Shown in pieces: positions 7,841 to 16,500 of a stretch of DNA of 42,653 bases (positions within the stretch are counted from its first letter, which is position 1; each line of letters opens with the position of its first letter). This stretch comes from Gammaproteobacteria bacterium. Lineage in GTDB: Bacteria > Pseudomonadota > Gammaproteobacteria > Steroidobacterales > Rariloculaceae. The translations under genes were made by a program, and so were the position numbers. The notes beneath the pieces were generated by a model. That model worked only from the letters and a program-made list of their open reading frames with translations, was not told the origin of the DNA and did no database searches. The stretch is from assembly GCA_029864465.1 (NCBI GenBank), contig JAOTTJ010000001.1, positions 1 to 42,653 on the forward strand, given 5' to 3'.

Positions 7841-8212
7841 ATGCGATACACAGCCGTCAGTTTCATCGTCGCTTTCGTGCTCTCGCTGGCCGTGCCGGCG
7901 TCGGCGCATCACTCGCATGCGAACTACGCACAGCGAGACTGGGTCGAGCTCGAGGGCACCATCACGAACGTGCACTGGATGAATCCACACGTCTGGATCT
8001 ATCTCGAGGTCATGGGCGAGAGCGGCAAGCCCGTCGTCTGGGCGATGGAGGGCGGCAGCATCGCCGCGCTGACCGAGGGCGGCTGGCAGCCCGACAGCGT
8101 GCAGGTGGGCGATAAGATCTCGGCACGGTGCATGCCGCTCAAAGACGGTTCCTCGGGCTGTCTGCTCGGTTACCTGACGACCGACGAGCACGAAGACAAA
8201 GAGTTCGACTAA
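7841..8212 (+). CDS. Small exported HHS/W-x-NPH protein (DUF6152-like), copy 1 of 4
   Basis: Internal ATG at 7841 gives MRYTAVSFIVAFVLSLAVPASA|HHSHANYAQRDWVELEGTITNVHWMNPHVWIYLEV. This is a signal peptide followed by HHS and W-x-NPH motifs, both shared with 11081..11455, 26235.. and 35896... The DUF6152 assignment is from memory of that family's N-terminal pattern. Confidence 0.7.
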   Translation: MRYTAVSFIVAFVLSLAVPASAHHSHANYAQRDWVELEGTITNVHWMNPHVWIYLEVMGESGKPVVWAMEGGSIAALTEGGWQPDSVQVGDKISARCMPLKDGSSGCLLGYLTTDEHEDKEFD

Positions 8213-8223
8213 CCGATTCTTCT

Positions 8224-9195
8224 TTAAGGTTCGAGCGACGCCGCATACGCGGCTAAATTCAGAATGTCCTCATCGCTCAAGTTTGCGACGACGGGCACCA
8301 TGAGGGCTGCGGCCGCGCCCGTGCGCACGCCGTGCTTGATGTCCAAGAGCTGGCGCGCCGTGTAGATCGGCGAGCGTCCGGCGAGCGGCGGAATGTCAGC
8401 GAGTCCGCGAAGGTCTGGCCCGTGGCAGATGTCGCACTGCAATGTTTTGCCGCCGCCCGTCGCCGCGAGCTCGCGGCCGGCCTCGACGCTGCCCGGCGGC
8501 ACGTAGGCGATGAAGCCGCTGTGTGAGTCGCGTAACTCGGCGCGATGGGAGTCCTCGGGAATCTCGACGATGCGCTGGCCGATCGGCTCCATGCCGCCCT
8601 CGGGCTCGGCATGGCGCATGTTGCCGGCGCCGACGTAGGTTTCCGGCACGCGATCCGTTTCGATGACCGTGACCCATTTGACGGGCGTTAGCTGTGCGAA
8701 GTATTCGGCCGCCTCGCGCACCTCGTGTTCGGTAATGTCCGAGGCGATCTCGACCATGCTGTTGTGCCGTCTGTCGTCTAAGCTCCGGCGCTCGCCGCTC
8801 TTGTAATTGCGCATCTGCTGGACGACGTAGTTCACGGTCAGCCCCACCATGGACGATGACTCCGGATGGCCCATGCCGTGCGGCATGTGGCACTGCGCGC
8901 AGGCTCGCACGAGCGGCGGGCGCCCGTGGGCGACGACCTCGGGCATGGGCGGATGCTCGTCCGGATACCAGTCAGGCGGATTGAAACGGTCATTGATCTC
9001 GGTCTGGGTGAATTCGAGGTCGCTATCGGGTGTGCTCAGCAGCGTGCCGTCGTCAGGGCCGCGCCCGCGGCCTTCCTCCATGAGCGGGTAGGCCCAGGCG
9101 GGGGGTTCTTGCGCGTTCACGGGTCCCGCGACACCGAGGAACGCCGCAAGGGCTACAATGGGAATCGTCAGCCGGACGCGTTCATTTTTCTGCAT
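8224..9195 (-). CDS. Diheme c-type cytochrome, exported
   Basis: Two CxxCH heme-attachment motifs (RACAQCHMPHG and LQCDICHGPD). I prefer the start at ATG 9195..9193 (MQKNERVRLTIPIVALAAFLGVAGPVNAQE, signal peptide, GGGGAA upstream). The track ORF extends to 9264. Confidence 0.75.
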   Translation of the reverse strand: MQKNERVRLTIPIVALAAFLGVAGPVNAQEPPAWAYPLMEEGRGRGPDDGTLLSTPDSDLEFTQTEINDRFNPPDWYPDEHPPMPEVVAHGRPPLVRACAQCHMPHGMGHPESSSMVGLTVNYVVQQMRNYKSGERRSLDDRRHNSMVEIASDITEHEVREAAEYFAQLTPVKWVTVIETDRVPETYVGAGNMRHAEPEGGMEPIGQRIVEIPEDSHRAELRDSHSGFIAYVPPGSVEAGRELAATGGGKTLQCDICHGPDLRGLADIPPLAGRSPIYTARQLLDIKHGVRTGAAAALMVPVVANLSDEDILNLAAYAASLEP

Positions 9196-9389
9196 GCCGT
9201 TCCCCGCTGATGCGGCCGGAGCGTAGAGCCAAGCGTTCGAGACTATCGGCTGCTCGGTCATCAATCAATGTGAAGCCGGACGAGATCGTCGTGCGCGGCC
9301 AGCTTACGGGCGTTACGGGCCGAGATCCGCTGCCTGTGCGCGCCCGGTAACCGCAAAGGGCATCATGGGGACCGATCGGGTCGTTTCTG

Positions 9390-10079
9390 TCAGCTACTGC
9401 CGACCGGCGCTGTATCGGACCGCTTGTAACGATCGTGGAGCGAGATCAGCGTCACGGCCGTCAATGCGCCGATGAAGTTGGATACGAGATCCCAGCCGGT
9501 ATTCACGTAACCGCCGACATTCGTTTCCGGTACGGTAAGCGTTGCCACAAACTCGATGAGCTCGTTCAGCGAGCCGAGGCCCATGCCGGCCGTCGCCGAG
9601 AGCACCATCAAGCCGATGCTCGGACTCGCCGTGCTGCCGCCTCGATGCCGAATCGCTGCGCGCAAGCCTTGCCAGCAGACCCAGGTTGCAAGGCCGAATC
9701 CGTAGGCATGCACGACATGGTCGTATTTAAGCTGACCCGGGATGAGCCATAGCGAATAGAGGACACGGCTCTGTGCCTCGACGGGCCATGCTTCGGGCAC
9801 GACGACGAGGCCGCCGGCCATGTGCACGAGTCCCCAGAAGCTCAGGCCCCAGAGCACGGCATCGTTGAGGATGACGCGCCAATGTACCCAGAGCACCAAT
9901 GGAATGATGATCAACATTACGCCGATGTAGAGCATGAACTCGATATTGCCGCGCTCCAAGGCGAGCCACGAAGCGCCGATGAGATAGACCGACGTGAAAG
10001 CGGCCAAAGGCCACAGGCGCGCGACGTCGACGAAGAAGGGCTCGGTCGTATTCGGGTCTTTATGCATCGTCTCACTCAC
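9390..10079 (-). CDS. YjdF/DUF2238-family integral membrane protein
   Basis: 229-aa polytopic ORF. KYDHVVHAYGFGL and NELIEFVATL...GGYVNTGWDLVSNFIGALTAV align by eye to the E. coli YjdF motifs PYDKLGHFFQGL and YELIEWWAAL...GDQWDTQSDMFCALLGALTTV. Confidence 0.65.
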   Translation of the reverse strand: MSETMHKDPNTTEPFFVDVARLWPLAAFTSVYLIGASWLALERGNIEFMLYIGVMLIIIPLVLWVHWRVILNDAVLWGLSFWGLVHMAGGLVVVPEAWPVEAQSRVLYSLWLIPGQLKYDHVVHAYGFGLATWVCWQGLRAAIRHRGGSTASPSIGLMVLSATAGMGLGSLNELIEFVATLTVPETNVGGYVNTGWDLVSNFIGALTAVTLISLHDRYKRSDTAPVGSS

Positions 10080-10419
10080 GCGGCAGCAATAGCAGCCGTG
10101 TTGTTCATGAATCGCCGTCGGCTGGTAGTCATCTTCCGCCTCCTCGGTGACGCCTATGGACTATAGCTTCAGAAAAGAGCCATTGGCATCGATCTCGACG
10201 ATACACACTTCTGATCAGTGGGATCTTCGCCCACAGCTATTGCGCGCCGCAGTCGGCTACTCTAGGCTAGTAGCGCTAGCGAGTTCATACACGTAGATCG
10301 GCGATAAGCCGGCGATCGCGTTAACCGAACATCAGCTTCGTGCTGGGGCTGGTCGGGGGAGGCGACTCATGCTGCGGGCAGTCACGACAAGCGTTGACGA
10401 CCGTACTCAATCAAGGTGC

Positions 10420-11070
10420 ATGACGGCGTGCAGCTCTCGCCGAGCCTTGATCATCATTAGTCTCGTCATGTTGGTCACTGTTCCCGCGGCGCAGAGCGCT
10501 TCGGATCTCAGCGGTGTCTGGTTATCGACGTCGCCGAGGGGCGGGGGCGGTGGGCCGAGGCCTGCGCTCACCCCGAGGGCGCAGGCGGATGCCGACGCGT
10601 TCGACCCGCTCGACGACCCCGTCATTCGCTGTGTACCACCCGGGTTCCCGAGAACGGGTGCCGGCGTCTATCCCTGGGAGATCGTCCAGACCGACGAGAT
10701 GATTCTGTTTCTCTACGAAGCATTCGGCATGGTTCGCCGCATCTATATGGATGGCAGGGAGCCTCCCGAATACTTTCCGCCGAGCCTCATGGGGTTCTCG
10801 GTCGGGCACTGGGAGGGCGATGATCTCGTGATCCGTACGACGCACTATGCGCCCTGGCTCCTGACCGGGTCGGGCGTCCGTCAGTACGGTGACATGGTCG
10901 TCGACGAGCGTTACCGGCTCGTGGATGACGGTCAGGCCCTCGAGGGTGAGGTGACAATCACGGCGCCGGAAACTTTTGAGGGACCGTGGACTCGAGAATA
11001 TACCTGGGAGCTGGATCCGGACGGCATGATCTTCGAAGCGATCTGCGATCCGGTCGACAGCCGGTTCTAG
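10420..11070 (+). CDS. Secreted uncharacterised protein ('B-domain'), stand-alone homologue of the C-terminal halves of 26235..27281 and 35896..36918
   Basis: ATG at 10420 preceded by AAGGTG. Signal peptide MTACSSRRALIIISLVMLVTVPAAQSA. Motifs shared with the fused paralogues: SGVW..., DDPVIRCVPPGFP, GFSVGHWEGDDLVI and a C-terminal Cys (EAICDP). Confidence 0.65.
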   Translation: MTACSSRRALIIISLVMLVTVPAAQSASDLSGVWLSTSPRGGGGGPRPALTPRAQADADAFDPLDDPVIRCVPPGFPRTGAGVYPWEIVQTDEMILFLYEAFGMVRRIYMDGREPPEYFPPSLMGFSVGHWEGDDLVIRTTHYAPWLLTGSGVRQYGDMVVDERYRLVDDGQALEGEVTITAPETFEGPWTREYTWELDPDGMIFEAICDPVDSRF

Positions 11071-11080
11071 CGGGGGCGGT

Positions 11081-11455
11081 ATGCGAGTCGGGATAATCGG
11101 TTTCGTCCTGAGCCTGACGGCCTTCATGGCGCAGAACGCGTCTGGGCATCACTCGTTCACCGCGCTATTCGATCCGTCGCGGACCGTAGAGATTGCGGGC
11201 ATCGTCACCGAGTTTCAGTTCCGGGCGCCTCATTGCTACATTCGTCTCGACGCCGCGGGCAGTGACGGAGTGCGGATCGAGTGGGAGCTCGAGACGACGT
11301 CTCCGGGGCAGCTCATCCGTATCGGCTTGACGCCGGAAAACTTGAAACCAGGGGATCGAATCTCAGCGATCGGTAACCCGACCCGCGACGGACGACCCTT
11401 GATGCGCCTGTTGACGATTACGATGCCAGGTGGAGAGGAAATCGAGATCCAGTAG
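11081..11455 (+). CDS. Small exported HHS/x-x-PH protein (DUF6152-like), copy 2 of 4
   Basis: 124 aa. MRVGIIGFVLSLTAFMAQNASG|HHSFTALFDPSRTVEIAGIVTEFQFRAPHCYIRL. It starts 10 nt after the preceding stop, with GGGGGCGG upstream. Confidence 0.7.
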   Translation: MRVGIIGFVLSLTAFMAQNASGHHSFTALFDPSRTVEIAGIVTEFQFRAPHCYIRLDAAGSDGVRIEWELETTSPGQLIRIGLTPENLKPGDRISAIGNPTRDGRPLMRLLTITMPGGEEIEIQ

Positions 11456-11507
11456 AAGGATACAAGCCGTCGGGCGACACGCCCGACTACAACGAAAGGG
11501 GGAGTTC

Positions 11508-13919
11508 ATGAAGCGCAAGAGTGATCTATTACGCGGCTCATTGAAGGCGGTGCTCGGACTGGTTTCCGTAGCCATGCCGGGACTGTCTTTGGCCCAAGCG
11601 CTAGAGGAGATCGTCGTGACCGCGGAAAGGCGCGAGACGCTTCTCCAAGACACACCGATCTCGGTGCTGGCCTTCGATACCGATACGCTGGACGCGGCCG
11701 GTATCGACGACATCGAGTATCTGCAGAATATCTCGCCGGGCCTGAAGATCACCGGTAGCCGTGGTAACCAGAACAGACCTATCTTCCGCATTCGCGCGAT
11801 CGGTAACACGGGCGGCTCGGGCCCGACGGGCGACCGCGGTGTCGGTCTGTATATCGATGACATCTATTACCCCCGCAGCACCGGCTCGCTGCTGCAAACG
11901 CTCGACGTCCAGCGTATCGAGGTGCTGCGCGGACCCCAGGGCACGTTGTTCGGACGGAACAATGCCGGGGGCGCCATACGCTACATCACCAATCGCCCGC
12001 ATGAGGAGACCGAGTTTCAAGTCAAGGCAACGATGGGCGAGTTCAGCCGCGCCGATATCGACCTCCTCTACAATGCGCCGATCAGTGACCGCGTGTTCTT
12101 TCGAGGTCAGATTTCCTCGCTGAACAGGGACGGCTACGTTCAGCGCGGCGACGTGGACCTCAGCAACGTGGATGCTCAGGTCATCCGGGGGCAGCTTCGG
12201 TTCGCGCCGTCCGACGACGTCACGGTCGATCTCGGGCTCATGTTGACCAAAGACGAGTCCAATGGCCGCGCAGGCTCGATCATCAATCAACAGGGAAGCA
12301 CGGGCTCAGGGGAATGGGGCATCGTTCAGCGGGCGATCATCGCCACAGATCCGACGCAACCGCCGTTCGGCGATGATGACCCGCGGTTGATCCTCGACGA
12401 TTTCACGCTACCGAACTACTGCCTGTTGGACGGCGATGGTGATCCATTCACGCGGCTGTCGCGCGCCGAGGCGCTGGCCGGCGGCTTCGCGTTCCTATCG
12501 GATTGCTCGATCGCAACCAAAGAGGAGATGAGCCTCGCGAGTCTCGATATAAATTGGAATATCTCCGACTCCATGTCCTTCCGATCTTTAACCGGCATTC
12601 TCGGCATCGAGGCCTTTGTGCCGGCGGATTGGGCGTATTCGGGCGGCTTCATCTCGGAGTCCGTCGAAGACACGGACGGCTGGTCGCAGGAGTTCCAGCT
12701 CTCGGGGTCGATCGACGATCGCGTCGACTGGACAGCAGGGGTGTACCTGTTTCACGAGGACGGTACGGAGTTTCGGCCGCGGCTCGACATACTCGATACG
12801 GGCGGAAACCTCAGGACGAGTGTCGAGCGCAACGAGAGCCGATTCATCGACACCGACAGTCTGGGCCTCTACGGTCAATTGACCTGGTACATCAATGACG
12901 CTTTCTCGCTAACCGCGGGCGTGCGTCGTACCGAGGACGATAAGGCCAACACGATCAACTGGTCGGAGGTCAGATCTGGCACTTTCCTCCCGTTCTCCGG
13001 ACTGTCGTTGCCGACCGAAGCGAGCTTCAGCTCGAACGACTACCGGTTGACGCTCGACTATGACATCAACGACGACGTCATGGTGTTCATCACAGCATCG
13101 ACGGGATTCCAGGCCGGCCAGTTCAATGACACTGTCAACACGGGAGTCTGGTTCGACGATGTGGCGGACGGCGGCAATGGTGATGGGATCGCGCAGATCA
13201 GCGAGTGCATCGACGCGTGCCGTGAGTCCGTCCGGCCTCAGGAGATCGAGAATCTCGAAATCGGCATTCGTGCGCAATGGCTCGAGAACCGCTTGCGGAC
13301 CAATCTGACGGTCTACGATATGGACATCACGGATCTGCAGACCGGTGGCCGTGTGCAGATCGTCGAGCCGGACGGAACGCTGACGACGATCACCCGATCA
13401 GTCAACGCCGGCGCTGCAAAGGTGCGCGGCTGGGAAGCCGAGATTCAGGCGGGGATTACGGATAACCTGACGCTGAACTTCGCAGCGGCGAAGTACAGCC
13501 AGGCAGAGATCACCGAGCTACCTCCGCCCGAGGTCATCGCGGATAGTAATCTCGTGCTGGGCGAGCGCCTTGCGGACACGCCGGACCTGGCCTACACGCT
13601 TTCGCTGAATCACGCTATTTCGCTGAGTAACGGCGGCGGCCTCGATACGACGGTCGGCTACAGCTTTTCCGACGATTTCACGACGAATCAATCGCTCCCC
13701 GATGCGATCACCGTGCCCGACGTCGGTATCGTCAGTGCGCGCATCAGGTATACGGAGCCGGAAGGCCGTTGGGCCGTGAGTCTGTCCGGAACGAATCTTG
13801 CGGATGAGGTCTACTCACACGGCGGGCAGCATTACGCGGGTGCGCGCGGCCAGGTCGGCGTCGCTTTCATGGCGCGGCCACGCGCGCTCGCGCTCGGCTT
13901 CGAGTACTACAGCCGATAG
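11508..13919 (+). CDS. TonB-dependent receptor
   Basis: ATG at 11508 after AAAGGGGGAG. Signal peptide (AVLGLVSVAMPGLSLAQA). Plug motifs EEIVVTAERRETLLQDTPISV and IEVLRGPQGTLFGRNNAGGAIRYI. A long beta-barrel region follows, with the typical FSLTAGVRRTEDD segment. Confidence 0.9.
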   Translation: MKRKSDLLRGSLKAVLGLVSVAMPGLSLAQALEEIVVTAERRETLLQDTPISVLAFDTDTLDAAGIDDIEYLQNISPGLKITGSRGNQNRPIFRIRAIGNTGGSGPTGDRGVGLYIDDIYYPRSTGSLLQTLDVQRIEVLRGPQGTLFGRNNAGGAIRYITNRPHEETEFQVKATMGEFSRADIDLLYNAPISDRVFFRGQISSLNRDGYVQRGDVDLSNVDAQVIRGQLRFAPSDDVTVDLGLMLTKDESNGRAGSIINQQGSTGSGEWGIVQRAIIATDPTQPPFGDDDPRLILDDFTLPNYCLLDGDGDPFTRLSRAEALAGGFAFLSDCSIATKEEMSLASLDINWNISDSMSFRSLTGILGIEAFVPADWAYSGGFISESVEDTDGWSQEFQLSGSIDDRVDWTAGVYLFHEDGTEFRPRLDILDTGGNLRTSVERNESRFIDTDSLGLYGQLTWYINDAFSLTAGVRRTEDDKANTINWSEVRSGTFLPFSGLSLPTEASFSSNDYRLTLDYDINDDVMVFITASTGFQAGQFNDTVNTGVWFDDVADGGNGDGIAQISECIDACRESVRPQEIENLEIGIRAQWLENRLRTNLTVYDMDITDLQTGGRVQIVEPDGTLTTITRSVNAGAAKVRGWEAEIQAGITDNLTLNFAAAKYSQAEITELPPPEVIADSNLVLGERLADTPDLAYTLSLNHAISLSNGGGLDTTVGYSFSDDFTTNQSLPDAITVPDVGIVSARIRYTEPEGRWAVSLSGTNLADEVYSHGGQHYAGARGQVGVAFMARPRALALGFEYYSR

Positions 13920-13937
13920 GAGAAGCAATTGGCCCGG

Positions 13938-13967
13938 CCCGGGGGCGCGCGTCAGCGCGCCCTCGGG
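13938..13967. terminator. GC-rich hairpin between convergent genes (TBDR and acylase)
   Basis: CCCGGGGGCGCGC, loop GTCA, GCGCGCCCTCGGG. This is a 13-bp stem with one mismatch. There is no clear U-tract on either side. Confidence 0.4.
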
Positions 13968-14010
13968 TGGCTCGACGCGCTGGCCCTGCAGCGGGCGACG
14001 CGGTACCGAG

Positions 14011-16392
14011 TCAGGGCGTAGCGGGATTGAGCGTTAGGCTATGCCCCGCCGGGCCCGGCAGGAACGGCAGGCGTTCGCCGCGCACCCAGGCATCGTGGCC
14101 CGCACTGAAGAACCGCGATAGCGGATGGCCGCTCTGCCCGCCGGGCATATGAAAGTAGCCGTTCGCCTCATCGCCCGGTGAGACGGCGAAGCGCTCGGAG
14201 GCACCCTGAAGACCGTTTTGAACACGCGGCGTGTACTGACCGCCCGGTAGCGCGCCCGAGTGCACCGTGAGCCAGCGCGAGACGAGCGGCAGCGCGCGCG
14301 CGAGCGGGTGCGCGATTTCTACCCGATTGATCTCGCCCCAGCGACATGCGGTGAGCGCCGCGTCGGGGCATGACGCCATGGTTTCATCGGCCATCGACAG
14401 AAGGAACTCCTGCCAGTCTGTGAATCTCGACGGCAGTAGGTGCGCGGGTCGTTCGGTTACGAGACGCCAGATCGATCCTTCGGTCTGATAAAGGCGCCTG
14501 AGCTCGATCGGTTCCTCGGCTGTGCCGCAGCCGAACACGATCTGTCCGAAAAGTGAATCTCGCGTGCGCTGCCTGAACTCGCGCGCGAGTCTGTAGCCCG
14601 CAGCGTCTGTGCTTGCGCGGCCGTCCCAGGCTTCGAGTACGGCGCGCAGCTCTGCGCGTCGCGCATCACCGCTGTCGTCATCGTGCAGCACGCGTACGAG
14701 CAGATCTCGCCAGGCCTGCTGCACGAGGGCACGGTCGTCGAGCTGGATCGCGAGCATGTCGTCGATCGTGACATTGTCGAGCGCCGCCAACCGATCGCGG
14801 ATCTGCTGCGCGCGGGCGCCGAGCGCGTAGGTGCCACGGCCGACCGTATCGAGCACGGAGTCGTCCCCGGTACGGGCATTAGCCGTCCACAGAAAGCCTG
14901 CGCCCGGGTTCTTGATGACCGGGTAGCCGTCCGGCGCGAGCCAGCCGAGCCAACCCGTGCCCGGCTGGGCCCACGAGGCCGGCAGGCGCGAGTCGTAGCC
15001 GACGCGCCGCGGGATTCGGCCCATGATCGTCCAGGCAATGTCGCCGCTGCGATCGGCGATCATGATGTTCTGCGGCGGCGAGCCGACCGTGTGCGCAATG
15101 CTGACGGCTGTGTCGACATCGCGTGCCTGCTCGAGGCCGATCAGACTCAGGTTGGCGGCCTCGGGCTCGTGCGCTAGCCAGTGCACGACGCGCTTGCGGC
15201 CTTGGCGGTCCGTGTCGAGCACCGGGCCCCAGATGCTCGATTCGATCGTCAGCGTCTCGGAATCCGCGCCGCGGATCTCGATGATCTCCTCATGCACTTC
15301 GAGCTCGCGGTAGCCGGAGGGTGTGCGGTAGCGGCGCGGGTTGGCGGGGTCCTGCTCGAGCAACACGAGATCGGACCAGTCGCCGTAGCTGTTCGTGAAA
15401 CCCCAGGCCACGTATCCATTGCTGCCTGCAACGACGACCGGTGCGCCCGGAAGCGTCACGCCTGTTATGTCGAGGGCCTGCTCGTCGTCGGTAGTCGGCT
15501 CGACGATCCAACGCATGCGATACCAGATGTTCGGTGCGGCGAGCTGCAGGTGCATGTCGTTGGCGACAATGGCTCGCGCCGTCTTGCTGCGCTCGGCCGC
15601 GACAGCCCAGCCGTTGCTGCCGGCCATCGGCTCCTCGATGACGAACACCTCTGGGCCGGTCGGGCGCGCAGCTGCGCGAGCCGCCGTGACGGGGCTTCTG
15701 AGATTGCAGATCCCAGGGCCCGGCACGGGCGGTACGTCGATTGCTTCACCGATGAGCGGCGCATCCCAGTGTGTACCCTCGGGTAAGAGAAACGCTGTGA
15801 GCTCGGGCGGGAGCGAGTCGTGCAGCAGCGCGTAGCTGGCATCGCGGCTCGCATCGTCGTCGTTGAGATCGAAATACATAGCGAAATTGACCAGCAGCGT
15901 GTCCTCCGCCATCCACGGCTGCGGTGTCGAGCGCAGCAGTAGATATTCGAATGGACGGATCGCGAGTGCCGCGAGCCCGGCGTTGACGCCTTGCGTGTAT
16001 GCCTCGAGGAGCACGCGGTCGCCGGCTGGCATCCGCGCCAGGAGCTGTCCAGCCGCCGCGCGGAAGCGATGCAACCGGTGGTCGCGATCTACGCCGAGCG
16101 CGGCTGGTCCGACAAGCGCACTGAGTTCGCCCGCGGCGATGCGGCGCAGCAAATCCATCTGAAAAAAACGGTCCTGGGCGTGCACGAAACCCGTAACCAG
16201 CGCGAGATCGCGGCGCGATGCGGCCGCTACGGTCGGTACGCCGTAGACATCGCGCTCGACCGTGACGCGCTCGGCCAGGCCCGTCAGTTCGGCGGTGCCG
16301 TCGAGCATCGGGCGACTGAGCCAGACCGCCGTCCAGAGACCGGCGGCGAGGCCGATGCAGCAGAGTACTAATAGGCCGGCGATGCGTTTCAT
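14011..16392 (-). CDS. Penicillin-acylase-family (peptidase S45, Ntn-hydrolase) protein
   Basis: 793 aa. N-terminal anchor or signal MKRIAGLLVLCCIGLAAGLW. Family motifs VERDVYGVPTV, GFVHAQDRFFQMDLLRR and the beta-subunit nucleophile context AGSNGWAV. Confidence 0.85.
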   Translation of the reverse strand: MKRIAGLLVLCCIGLAAGLWTAVWLSRPMLDGTAELTGLAERVTVERDVYGVPTVAAASRRDLALVTGFVHAQDRFFQMDLLRRIAAGELSALVGPAALGVDRDHRLHRFRAAAGQLLARMPAGDRVLLEAYTQGVNAGLAALAIRPFEYLLLRSTPQPWMAEDTLLVNFAMYFDLNDDDASRDASYALLHDSLPPELTAFLLPEGTHWDAPLIGEAIDVPPVPGPGICNLRSPVTAARAAARPTGPEVFVIEEPMAGSNGWAVAAERSKTARAIVANDMHLQLAAPNIWYRMRWIVEPTTDDEQALDITGVTLPGAPVVVAGSNGYVAWGFTNSYGDWSDLVLLEQDPANPRRYRTPSGYRELEVHEEIIEIRGADSETLTIESSIWGPVLDTDRQGRKRVVHWLAHEPEAANLSLIGLEQARDVDTAVSIAHTVGSPPQNIMIADRSGDIAWTIMGRIPRRVGYDSRLPASWAQPGTGWLGWLAPDGYPVIKNPGAGFLWTANARTGDDSVLDTVGRGTYALGARAQQIRDRLAALDNVTIDDMLAIQLDDRALVQQAWRDLLVRVLHDDDSGDARRAELRAVLEAWDGRASTDAAGYRLAREFRQRTRDSLFGQIVFGCGTAEEPIELRRLYQTEGSIWRLVTERPAHLLPSRFTDWQEFLLSMADETMASCPDAALTACRWGEINRVEIAHPLARALPLVSRWLTVHSGALPGGQYTPRVQNGLQGASERFAVSPGDEANGYFHMPGGQSGHPLSRFFSAGHDAWVRGERLPFLPGPAGHSLTLNPATP

Positions 16393-16500
16393 CGATGTAT
16401 GTGCGTGTCTGAGCAGTCCGCCGAAAATGCGGCGCCGTGCTTTTGAGCGATTTTAGCTCTAGGATATGCGCTTTCGCGAACGCCTCGATCCGCATCGAGC

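Noticed and set aside
10080-10368. A possible riboswitch (for example cobalamin) in the 289-nt leader upstream of the TBDR-containing operon
   Set aside because: I found no B12-box (GCCACTG-like) or other riboswitch core that I recognise. The region also serves the divergent YjdF-like gene. It contains a GCTAG-rich patch (about 10255-10282) but with only weak symmetry.
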